Shown: positions 39,405-49,700 of the stretch, piece by piece | Layout: each line of letters starts with the position of its first letter | Position numbering within the stretch: the stretch's first letter is position 1 | Virus record (IMG/VR): IMGVR_UViG_3300045421_000607 | Location: 1 to 56,631 of that record | Direction: 5' to 3' (one strand) | From: a virus | Taxonomy: Duplodnaviria > Caudoviricetes | DNA: 56,631 bases | Program-made: the position numbers and the translations under genes | Notes under the pieces: model-generated | The model's input: the letters and a program-made list of their open reading frames with translations, nothing else | What the model was told of the DNA's origin: nothing | The model's database searches: none

Positions 39405-40408
39405 TGGATTTAAAATATGCAGATGTTGTTATAGGTCTCCAATTTGGGGACGAAGGGAAAGGCAAAGTCAGTAGTTTTTTATCCAAGGACTATGATATGG
39501 TTTGTAGGTTTAATGGTGGACCAAATGCTGGGCACACGGTCTATATTGAAAATATAAAATATAAAACTCATGTTATACCTTGCGGAATTTTTTATAATAA
39601 AACCAGCATAGTTGGTCCAAATTGTGTTTTAAATTTAGACAAGTTTTATCAAGAGATTGAGTATTTAAAAAATAATGGTTTTGATATAGATTTAATTAAA
39701 GTTAGTCCATATACTCACGTGATAACTGATAAGCATATACAGTGCGATTTAGAATATTTACAAGAAAAATTTGGTACTACTGGGCAAGGTATAGCTCCGG
39801 CTTATTCCGATAAAATGATGAGGAGTGGGCTTAGAGCAGAAAGTTCAATAGATAAAAAATACATATGGGATGGTAATCTAAAAGGCAAAGTCTTATGCGA
39901 AGGAGCGCAAAGTTTTTGGCTAGACATTAATTATGGTAATTATCCTTATGTTACTAGTAGTGAAACCCTACCTTATGCAGCTTGTTCTTTGGGTTTTTCT
40001 CCTAAAAAAATTAATAAAATAATTGGTGTAGCAAAAATATATGAAACCAAAAGCGGTGTTGATCCTCTTTTCCCGGACCTTTTGCTTCAAGATTTGATTT
40101 TTAATAAGATTATAGAACTTGGCAAAGAATTTGGAACTACTACAGGCAGAAAGAGAATAGTGAATTGGATGAGGATAGATAGATTGATATATGCTATAAA
40201 CAAAAGTGGGATTAATTATTTAATCATAAACAAGTGTGATATCTTAGAACGGGTAAATCAATTTAAATTAATTTCTGATTCTTTGAAAAATCAGATCGAA
40301 GATTTTAAAAATTTAAATGATATGTGTGCTTTTATAAATACCTTTATAAGAAATAATTTAGACGAATGGGTTGATATAAAATATTCTTTTAGTCCAGAAT
40401 ATATTTAG
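39404..40408 (+). CDS. purA: Adenylosuccinate synthetase (short form)
   Basis: GLQFGDEGKGK, GGPNAGHT, GTTGQGI, EGAQ, YPYVTS, TTTGRKR, NKCD. Confidence 0.92.
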   Translation: MDLKYADVVIGLQFGDEGKGKVSSFLSKDYDMVCRFNGGPNAGHTVYIENIKYKTHVIPCGIFYNKTSIVGPNCVLNLDKFYQEIEYLKNNGFDIDLIKVSPYTHVITDKHIQCDLEYLQEKFGTTGQGIAPAYSDKMMRSGLRAESSIDKKYIWDGNLKGKVLCEGAQSFWLDINYGNYPYVTSSETLPYAACSLGFSPKKINKIIGVAKIYETKSGVDPLFPDLLLQDLIFNKIIELGKEFGTTTGRKRIVNWMRIDRLIYAINKSGINYLIINKCDILERVNQFKLISDSLKNQIEDFKNLNDMCAFINTFIRNNLDEWVDIKYSFSPEYI

Positions 40409-40512
40409 ATATTAATTGTCCTTTAAGGCATACAAGAGGCTTATTATATCTATTTTTGTTTCCCATAAATTATTTTGCATTATTTTTTTTATATATGTGT
40501 AATAGTTTTTAA

Positions 40513-41169
40513 ATGAGTCTAACAAAATTTCGACCTATTCCTTCTTGTCCGAAGACTACTATAATTTTAGACAGGTATAATAAACCTCTTAAATGTTTTC
40601 AAGGATATAGCATTAGACCAGATATTTGGATACAACCTGATAAAAAATGTCCTAGATTTTTGAGTCACAGATGCACACCATGTAAGTGCAAGCGGTATCC
40701 CTTATGTAGTTCTTCAACAAGGAGAAGAGTCAAAAGTTGGTCAACAGATTTTATTCCGCATCCTACTGATAAAGGAAAGGGGTGGGTTTGTTGTACACCT
40801 ATTTTTGAGTGCGTATCAGGTAATGCACCAGACATATCTATGCCACCAGAATGTAAAACTTGTGTTTGTCCTTTTGGTGGAAATCCAGATAATCCAGACC
40901 CCCATAGCATATGGGATCACTTTAGGGTTGCTACTATTCCTTGTCCTTCGGCGCCATTCTGCAAGCCTGGAACAGTTCCTAAAGCGTTAGGCATAGGACC
41001 TGATGGATGCATGAGATACATTTGCGTTACAGCTCCTCCCTCTATTCCTGATTGGTGCAAAACTGCGCGAGTAGATTGTACTAGAATACCTGGTCATGTT
41101 TGCTGTGGTGGATCAGGTGAACCTCCATTACCATGTGGTAGACCGGGTTTTCTCCCTTGCCCTTCTTAA
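40513..41169 (+). CDS. Cys/Pro-rich protein
   Basis: More than 20 Cys in 218 aa; GTGTAA motif 10 nt upstream of the ATG. Confidence 0.6.
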   Translation: MSLTKFRPIPSCPKTTIILDRYNKPLKCFQGYSIRPDIWIQPDKKCPRFLSHRCTPCKCKRYPLCSSSTRRRVKSWSTDFIPHPTDKGKGWVCCTPIFECVSGNAPDISMPPECKTCVCPFGGNPDNPDPHSIWDHFRVATIPCPSAPFCKPGTVPKALGIGPDGCMRYICVTAPPSIPDWCKTARVDCTRIPGHVCCGGSGEPPLPCGRPGFLPCPS

Positions 41170-41175
41170 AGAAGG

Positions 41176-41637
41176 TTAAATAAAATAAACTTCTAAATGT
41201 GTTTTTTTGTCTACAACAGAGAAACTTTGAAACATTAAACTGGCTCGGATTGTATTGACAAATTCTGACCATGCTTCATTAGTTTTTTCAACTGTGTAAA
41301 TTTTTCCTGGGGTAGAGAATTCTGCTGATAAATTTTCTGTTTTTTTATTTTCTTCTCCAATAATAAATTCCCAATTTTGATCAATTTTTTCTTTATGGTT
41401 TAGATTTTTAGGATTGTCTATTATTTTTTTTATGAAACTTTCGTCTTCTTTAATATTTAATCTTACATTTAAGTAATTTATAACTCTATTCTTACAAGTA
41501 CAGTTAGGATTATCTTTAGCACTTATTAAGTCTATTGCTAGTTCTGGATATTTTGTTTTGATTTTATTAAAAGCGTCTTCGTCCTGAATGATTAAATCGA
41601 AGTAGCGGTCTATATAGGAGATATCATTTATTGTCAT
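41176..41637 (-). CDS. Hypothetical CxC protein, paralog of 52432-52851
   Basis: KYPE...D...NCTC..R.INYL...W...FS shared with the paralog. Confidence 0.75.
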   Translation of the reverse strand: MTINDISYIDRYFDLIIQDEDAFNKIKTKYPELAIDLISAKDNPNCTCKNRVINYLNVRLNIKEDESFIKKIIDNPKNLNHKEKIDQNWEFIIGEENKKTENLSAEFSTPGKIYTVEKTNEAWSEFVNTIRASLMFQSFSVVDKKTHLEVYFI

Positions 41638-41688
41638 TATACTATATAATATATTTTTTTTAAAAAGTTTCTATTTTTTTTTGTATTT

Positions 41689-41694
41689 GTGTAA
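41689..41694 (+). promoter_or_regulatory. GTGTAA phage promoter motif directly upstream of the group I core
   Basis: The same motif precedes at least 8 genes in the window. Confidence 0.6.
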
Positions 41695-41699
41695 ATCTT

Positions 41700-42085
41700 T
41701 TTGGCCTTATCGGGTGAATTCGGTAAAAGCCCTCAAACATAAAAAAGTTCTTTGAAATATGAGGGTAATGCCGAGCCAAGCATATATCACGGCCTAAAAG
41801 ATATATGAAGGTGTAGAGACTAATTCTTGACCTGCCGTAGGAATAAAAGAGACACGAGCGCCCGAAGTTATCTAAAGAAGATAACTAAGACATAGTCCGA
41901 TCTTAATGGTAACATTAAGTTTTAAATTTAAAAATTTAAAAATTAACTATATGAAAATGCAAACTGCAAGTTGCTCCGCATGGAAATTATCTAACTTTCA
42001 TACCGTCCCGCGAATGGCCCCATCGTATAAAAGTTAAGGTTAAAAGACCATCCACTTAACCGTGAAAACAAGTAGTAAGGCTAAA
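41700..42085 (+). ncRNA. Group I ribozyme core without a host gene, probably circularly permuted
   Basis: P3 TCGGGTG 41710-16/CGCCCGA 41859-65; P4 TTCGGT 41719-24/GCCGAG 41770-75; P5 GCCCTCA/TGAGGGT; P6a CATATATC/GATATATG; P7 GACTA 41818-22/TAGTC 41893-97 (R GTAGAGACTA, S AAGACATAGTCC); P8 AGTTATCT/AGATAACT; P9 CTTAATG-GTAA-CATTAAG. Confidence 0.9.
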
Positions 42086-42087
42086 TC

Positions 42088-43716
42088 ATGAATCTAATAA
42101 AAAATACAAGAGCAGGGTTACCTGCCGACTTAAGTTCAACAGAATTAAGAAAAATACTTTCTGTAAATGATGAAAATTTTAAACAATTTTCTAAAGATCA
42201 TCTTCTTACAGAAGAAGCGCTTTTCTATAAAACAGGATTTTTTTGTCCTAAAGGAAATTCTATATCTAAAAGATCTGATAAAGAAGACATAAAAGAATAT
42301 AGAATAAATAATTATGATGGATTTTGGAAGGAATCTGGATGGATACCTCAAAGAAATAATAAAATCTATCTTTCTAAGCCTCGAAGTCATTGTCCTAAAG
42401 ATTTATTGCCTTACAGCTCTTTGGATAAGACAGGAGTTTATATTAGTGTGAATTGGTCTGGATATCAAGACGATTACGACAATGACAAGTATTGTGTTGC
42501 AGGGATTTTGAAACAAAGTCTTGCAGAAAAGGGGAAAACAAGATCTTTTCCTTATAGGAATGTCTTTGAGATTTTTGAGCATAGCGGTTTTCAATATAAA
42601 GATATATCAAATCATAGATTTTATTTAGAGAGTGGATATAGACACGGACAACCAATAGGTTACAATAAAATATATTTTCAATCTGGTCTAAATCCTTCAG
42701 AAGTGGCAAATTATAAATGTTTCTTAGTTCCCAACAGAAGAATTACAGACTATGACAATAGATTAGGGAAAATACATAGAACTTATATTCCCAGTATGGA
42801 TTTATTAAATGAGCCTCACAATGTTGTTAGATATAATGCCTTTTTTTATACAGGTGAATTACCAATAGTATATTTAACTGGCGCTAATAATCAAGTTAAA
42901 AGAGGTTTTGGTTTTGGATCTGCGTATCAACACTCGAATTCAAAATATATATTAAATACAAATTTTAATAATTTTAGAGTTAGAGCTACAGGAATATATG
43001 GAGAAAGCATATCGAAAACTATTTCAATATTTAATACTGGGAATATCACAGAAAGATTTTATATTGGCATTAATAATCCTTCGGTCATATCAATAGATCA
43101 TTACAAAACCCCTGGAATACCAAATTATGGCGTATGGACTTACGAGAGCCAACCAAATAAAACATATGGTCAAATTATAGATAAAGTTTATAAAGTAGGT
43201 AGAGAGGCGAATATTAATTTTAATATTAAAATCAATACAGCAGCCTTACCTGCAAATAAAGTGAATACAGTATTTCTAAATATATACAGGATTACTGGTG
43301 GCAATATTCCATTCAATAATGAACAATTTCCATCAAAAACCCCAGAAAAATGGTTTGAGAATAAAGGGTGGGGACATAAAAACAAAAGAGCCCCTTTTGA
43401 ACTAAAGGAGATTATAAATACAGGTTATTTTTCACAAAAATATGTTTTGCCAATAGATATTTACGCAAGAACGAATTCGAGTAAAGTTGTTGAAGATAAT
43501 ATCTTTTATCAAAATTTAGCTAGCGGAGACTACAAACCCATTAATAGTATTGGGCAACCAATTGATATTAATCCAGAAAGCGATAATAAATACGTAGATT
43601 TAAATAAACAAATAGGATTGACTTTCTATAATATAGGAGAAAACACCAAAGATTTACGTGTAAAGCTGGATACATTAGCAAAAATCAAAATGAAGGGCCT
43701 AGAAGAAAGCATTTAA
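42088..43716 (+). CDS. Hypothetical protein, probably virion structural
   Basis: 542 aa, rich in SG/TG motifs, co-transcribed with the tail-like gene. Confidence 0.55.
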   Translation: MNLIKNTRAGLPADLSSTELRKILSVNDENFKQFSKDHLLTEEALFYKTGFFCPKGNSISKRSDKEDIKEYRINNYDGFWKESGWIPQRNNKIYLSKPRSHCPKDLLPYSSLDKTGVYISVNWSGYQDDYDNDKYCVAGILKQSLAEKGKTRSFPYRNVFEIFEHSGFQYKDISNHRFYLESGYRHGQPIGYNKIYFQSGLNPSEVANYKCFLVPNRRITDYDNRLGKIHRTYIPSMDLLNEPHNVVRYNAFFYTGELPIVYLTGANNQVKRGFGFGSAYQHSNSKYILNTNFNNFRVRATGIYGESISKTISIFNTGNITERFYIGINNPSVISIDHYKTPGIPNYGVWTYESQPNKTYGQIIDKVYKVGREANINFNIKINTAALPANKVNTVFLNIYRITGGNIPFNNEQFPSKTPEKWFENKGWGHKNKRAPFELKEIINTGYFSQKYVLPIDIYARTNSSKVVEDNIFYQNLASGDYKPINSIGQPIDINPESDNKYVDLNKQIGLTFYNIGENTKDLRVKLDTLAKIKMKGLEESI

Positions 43717-43717
43717 A

Positions 43718-46700
43718 ATGTCACAAATTACTTCAGTAAAAGTTCTAGAAAAAAAATTAAACCCTAGCGGTAGTGTACTTTTTGATGAGTATATTCAAAA
43801 ATTTGTTTCTAACTATCTTTTTACTTGGGGTTTGCATAATGATAATACTTTAAATATTTTCTATGGGGCTAATCCTCCAATTCAATTAGAAGGAGTGAGT
43901 AAAGTTTATAGAGGATATGCGCTTGGTGGTGCTAATGACAGAAGAAAAATAATAGCGAACGCTTGGGACGAAAGCACTCCTCAAAACGCAAAAGATTTAA
44001 CGGGATTACGTGATATCGATGGGGAACATGTGCATGGATTAGCCTTATTAAATAATGGTACAATAACTGGTTGGACTAAAACTGGATACGTGAACGCAAT
44101 GGGAAACAGACAATGGGCGACTGAAAATAGTACTTTATGGAAGCAGTCTAGACATTCTGTAACCGGTGGTAAATTTTTAACAGGCGTTAAAAAAATTGGC
44201 GCAGATTTTCAAGCTAGTTTTGCTTTATTAAGTGGAGATATTCTTACTGGTTGGGGCAATATGGGAGAGACTTGGATCAATCCGGGATACGCATCGATTG
44301 GGAGAGGACCAGCTGTTTATTTTATAAATAAAAATGATAATAGAAAAAAATGGAAAGCATTTAATTTTGGTCATAATTTGCCTTTTCAACCAGCTTCAGT
44401 TAAGTGGAATTGGTATAAGAATGGTATAGCTTCTTATGAGTCTGGAAATGCTACCCATGTTGTAAGGACATACTTTCAAAATTGGTCTGCTGATGCTCAG
44501 CCTCAATTAAGAGGTCTTTTCTGGCCGGAAGGTTTACCCACAGCGAGTGGGAAATTTTCTTCATATGTTTCTAGTAACTATGAATTATCTGTCCTTACTG
44601 TAAGCGGAGGCGATAATTGGATTACAACATCTGGATCAGCCCAAAGGAATAATAATAATCCTTATGAAAGAGTAGTAATTGGTGGGCCTAAATCTTGGGT
44701 TGGTGGATTTATGTACGTTAAACCCTCTAGGGATACTTATTATAATCCTACTCTATGGAATCTGCCAGCAATTTCACAAAATCCTCAAACATCTGGATTT
44801 GGTCTCAAAACTATTTTATTAGAAAATGATGGAGACATTTGGGTTTCTACTGATACTGGTTTTCAAAATTGGTCTACAAAAGGTATTAATAAAAAATGGT
44901 TAGGCCTAGCTTATAATGCTGGCGCATCAGTTTCTTTTAGAACTCCCATAAGTAATATATTAGTATCAGATAATTTTACTTATGGCAAATATATAACAGC
45001 TTTTACAAATAGCGGATATTTATGGGTTTCTAATGATACAGGAGAGACTTGGGCTCAAAAAGGTACTCTTCAAAATTGGTCTTGCGCAGCAATATCTGCA
45101 GAAGGTCGATATCAAATAGCTGGTGCAAATAGTGGCTATCTTTGGAAATCAGAAGATTATGGTCAGAATTGGACGCAAATTACAAATTTAGGAATAAAAA
45201 ATTGGAAATCAGTTTCTTTGTTTGGGCCATCAAAAGATTGGGTTGGAAAGTATGATACTGGCAGAAATCTAATAACAAATGAATTTGCCGAAGCGGCTTA
45301 TATTAGCGCTGTTTCCGAAGATAATCTTTGGATTTCTTATGATTCTGGTACGAGCTGGAACTCAAAACTAGGTGGAAGCGTTTTTTCTTTAAATAATGGA
45401 ACTGTATCAGGTCCAACTAAAATTATTGGTGGAGAAGATGATACTTTAATTCCAGATAGTGGACTTATGTTTGTAGCGAACAATTTAGGAACAGATGGTT
45501 ATTATACTGGTCCAGCTTCTCCAGAAATTCCATTTGCTAGTTATCCAAATATATATTTAACAGGAGTGAAAGACTTCGACGTAGGTCAAAATTATATAAC
45601 TATCTTATTAAAAACTGGTTCAGACGAGTTGTTTCAATTGTCTGGGTTTGGCAACGCTCGTCCTGTAAGGTTAAATAAAGATGGATTAAACAATGTTAAA
45701 AAGGTTGTATCTACTAGAGACCATACTTTTGCTTTGGTAAAAAACGGAGACAGGTCTATCATATCTGGTTGGGGCTTAGAAGAGACAAACTTAAGTCAGT
45801 TTGAGCGATGGATTTGGAATTCTTATGGAGGCATTAGTGGATGGTTTAGTGGTTATATTCATGGAGCTAAAGACTGGACAGGAATTAAAGATTTTGATAT
45901 TGGGTACAATCACGGTATAGCTATCTTTGAAGATGATCGGGCTTCTGGATGGGGCGGAGAGCAACCAGTAGAGGTTAAAGGACTTATTGGACAAATTAAC
46001 AATAGATACAAAAACGTTAACGAAAAAGAAGTAAATTTTTATTTAGATACTCCATCTTTTAGCGGGAACGAGATTAGCTATTATACTGATGTTGCAGATT
46101 GGATATTTAAATACGATAATTCTTTAGACAGATGGATACTTACCGAAAGCGAAAATCAAAACAATGTAGCATATATGGCAAGATCAGCTGGATCTGGAGG
46201 ATTAGTAGGCAGCTGGGATGGAGTAGGAAATTATAATGGTCAAGAATTAGAAGTAAAAAATAATTCTGTTCAAACTATATATCCAGTAGAAGCTGGGGAA
46301 ACTTACATTTCAAACGTTACAGACGTTGATTGGATAGATGTTCCAAATAAAAATCAAATTTTTTCTTGGAATAGAGCGATTGTTTATACTGGTAAAAAAA
46401 TTAATCAAATTCAAATTTATAATTTTCCATCTGGTTTTGGATATGGTCAAGAAAATGAGTTTAGCTATTTGGGCGGCGGACAAGAAGAGATATTAGACAG
46501 CAGTACTTATGGTTCTGTTTGGACAACTGGATTTATTCTAAATAATCAAAATTCTCTTTTAGGACCCTCAATTAGCATAAGTAAAGACGGTAGATATCAG
46601 ACTATGGTTTCAGATAAAATTTATGTATCTCAGAATTCGGGTCAGAGCTGGGTAGCTGCTTTAGATCAAACAGGATGGAAAGACATAGCTTTAAGTAAGA

Positions 46701-49700
46701 ACGGACAAACGCAACTTGCGATTCAAAATAGAACTTATCCTAAAAATTGTGATCAAATATGGATTTCAAATAATTACGGAGTCACATGGAATGATCCTGG
46801 TACTAGCTTACCTGATATAGCTGGAGCAATGGCTTGGAGAGAGACTGAAGTAGGCGGAAGAATGAATTCTATTTTACCCGTACAAACAGATTCTAGCGCT
46901 CCGCTCTCGGATTTACTTGTTTTTTCTAGTGGAAATATAAAATATATATATTCTTTGCAAGATAATTTATTCCAAAACGGATTGGATCTATTTGATATAC
47001 CTGAAGGAGAAAACTGGATAGGAGGAGCAGTCTCAAGCGAAAGCGATTCTTTCTTTAAATACTTAACTTTTATTAGAGACAATAAGCCTATTTTAGTATC
47101 TTCAAATGTCGGAAGCACATTTACTGAAAAGCTTGCATCTGGAAAATGGTTAGATGTAGCAATGAGTAAAAATGGAAAATATCAAATAGTGACTTCATCG
47201 GGTCAGGGAGTTTGGATGTCTCAAGATTATGGCAGTGAATGGTATGCGCTTCCATTTTTTACAAATGCAGTTTATCCTAAGGTTAAAATGAGCGAAGATG
47301 GAAGATATCAAACAGTTCTTAGACATAATTTTGGAATTCATACGTCTAAGGATTACGGATTATCTTGGCAAATTCAATCTAATCAAAATAATTGGAAAGA
47401 CTTAGATGTTTCTTCTATTGGTACAATGCAAGTAGCTACCGCTATAAGCGGAGTAACTTTGACTGCGCCGAATACTTCTTTTTATTCAAGGTCTTTAACT
47501 AGTAAAAAAATTGAAGCTCGCACGAAACTTTATCCGACAATAGATTATCCACTTACAGTATATAGAGAAAGCTCTGGAGTAAGCGCGAGCAATCCAATAC
47601 TTAAAAATGGATCAACAGAAGTATTCTTGTATCAAAGGAACTCTAAAGATGCGCGGTGGGCATTATCTTTGAAATATTCTTGCTGCGGTAGCACAACAGT
47701 TAGAGAGAAAGAAATTACAACAAGAAGAAAGAGTATAAACGAGATAGGCTACGCTCTTCCTCCTTCTGGAGAATGGGGAACTTTTTCAATAGAAAGTTCA
47801 GGATCTTTCTTTAAAGATTTAAATGTTAGTGGCTTAAGGTTAGATTTTAATACGGCAAATCTTATAGATCTTATAGATGAGAGAGTAGGATATATGAATG
47901 ATCTTAGATATAATATAAATTATTCTAAGATTCTTCCTAATTATTCAAATGATAGTCAGATTAGTTATTGGCCAGATAATGTTATTAAACATTCTAAATT
48001 TGGAAGCAATATTTTAGTTCAAGATGCAGAATCTTCAACTTGGAAATTTAATGCAGACGACTTAAAATTGAGTAACCCACATATGACTGGATTTGTTGCT
48101 AGATTTAGCGCGGATCCAGGGGTAAATTGGGATCAGCAAATTATTTGTAATGGTTATCCAGTTTCAGTTAACTTGCAAGGGATTTTAAACGATGAACCCT
48201 TAAGAACAATAGACTATCAAACTTCAGGATCTTTTGATGGAGCTAAATGGTATATCTTATTAAAAGTAGTAGGCCAAGGCACAGGAACACCTTTGTATAA
48301 TGTGAGCTCAGGAAGCAAATTTGTATGGAAAGCTCCATATATTTACGATAAAGCATCTAATACTAAATTGCCTATGAGTGGAGAAATATATTGGGGCCCA
48401 GCAGTAGCGTCTGGTTTATCTGTCTGGCAACCATGTCCACACGGTAGAGTATTTTCTCAAGCAGGAGGGGTTTGCTATCAATATCAAATAAGAATATCGC
48501 ATCCCTTGATGTATTCTGGCGGCTTTACTTTACCTGGAAATCCAAGAAATATCTGGCCTCTTTTAAGTACCACAGGGATATATAGCGGATCTTATCTATG
48601 GAATGGTAGAGAAGACGAATCAAGTGGTCTCGCTCCAAGCCTCTCTCTTCAAAGAGGAAAAGAATATAGATTTATTCAGAAAGGCCCAATAAACAGTGAA
48701 AATAAATTAAAGATTTATCCTACAAGCGGAATTCATGTTTTTGAGCACGACGCTAGTAACGCTTTGGATTATCATTGCATAAGAGTCATTATTGATTCAG
48801 ATACGATATCGGATACTTCTATAAGATGGTCGAAAGGCGATGGAACTTATTTATCTAATTTTACGGGACAATTTCCCAGCACCAGAGGTTCTAATTTTAT
48901 AGGAACTTTTTATCAAAAAGATATAACTGGTCTTGTTGTAAATGAGTCTAATCCAAATTTTAGAGAATATGTTTATAATGACGTTACGGGGAATTGGGTA
49001 GCTTCTGGTCAAAGTAAAATAACAGGAACAATTATTTATGACAATAAAGTTCATCCCGCAGAATTTTGGAGATTCGCTGATGGATCTACGTTTAATACCT
49101 GGGAGAGTAATTTTATTAATGGTCAAAAAGCGCTTAATTCATATGCCTTCATTAGGTCTGGTGGTCAACAAATACCTTTTTATGGTATTATGCAGCAAAC
49201 ATCTAGAGATATTAATTTTGAAGCAAGAAATCCAAGCGGTAATCAAAATAATACAAAAAATATTTGGGGCGGGAGATTTGGCATAATAGGCAAAAATGAA
49301 TTTACTAGCGCCAGCAATCATTTTGTTGAGATGCCTCCAGGATATATTGTTCCATTTGATATACATGTTTGTACAGATTACAATACTCCAAATGATACGT
49401 CTTTATGGGATAAATTATTAGCACCGCTTCCTGTTAGGAGTGGAATATTTCAATTTTCTGGAATTGAAACCTCTGGTCATTTCTTTAAAAACAAGTTTGA
49501 TTATTTCTCGGCAAGAAAAGAGATTATTCTTTCTGCAGATGCAATTTCTAATATAATCTTTGTTCCCCCAACGCAAGCTAGATTACAAGCAAATGAATTA
49601 ATTTTTTGGACGGGCCAAACCTCGAATGGTCCCTGGCAAGAAGTAACTGGGCGAGTAGAAGGCTTTAACGGTAAAGCAGCGAGCATTTGGGGTGGAACTC

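Noticed and set aside
39404-40408. PurZ (2-aminoadenine / Z-genome) pathway
   Set aside because: The motif is GDEGKG with the catalytic Asp of PurA, not the Ser form (GSTGKG/GSEAKG) of PurZ/PurZ0. No datZ or mazZ is recognisable in the window.
42016-42070. tRNA gene (GGCCCCATCGTATAA resembles a tRNA 5' end), which would make the group I element a tRNA intron
   Set aside because: There is no T-arm (TTCGA) or matching acceptor 3' strand, and it lies downstream of the core.
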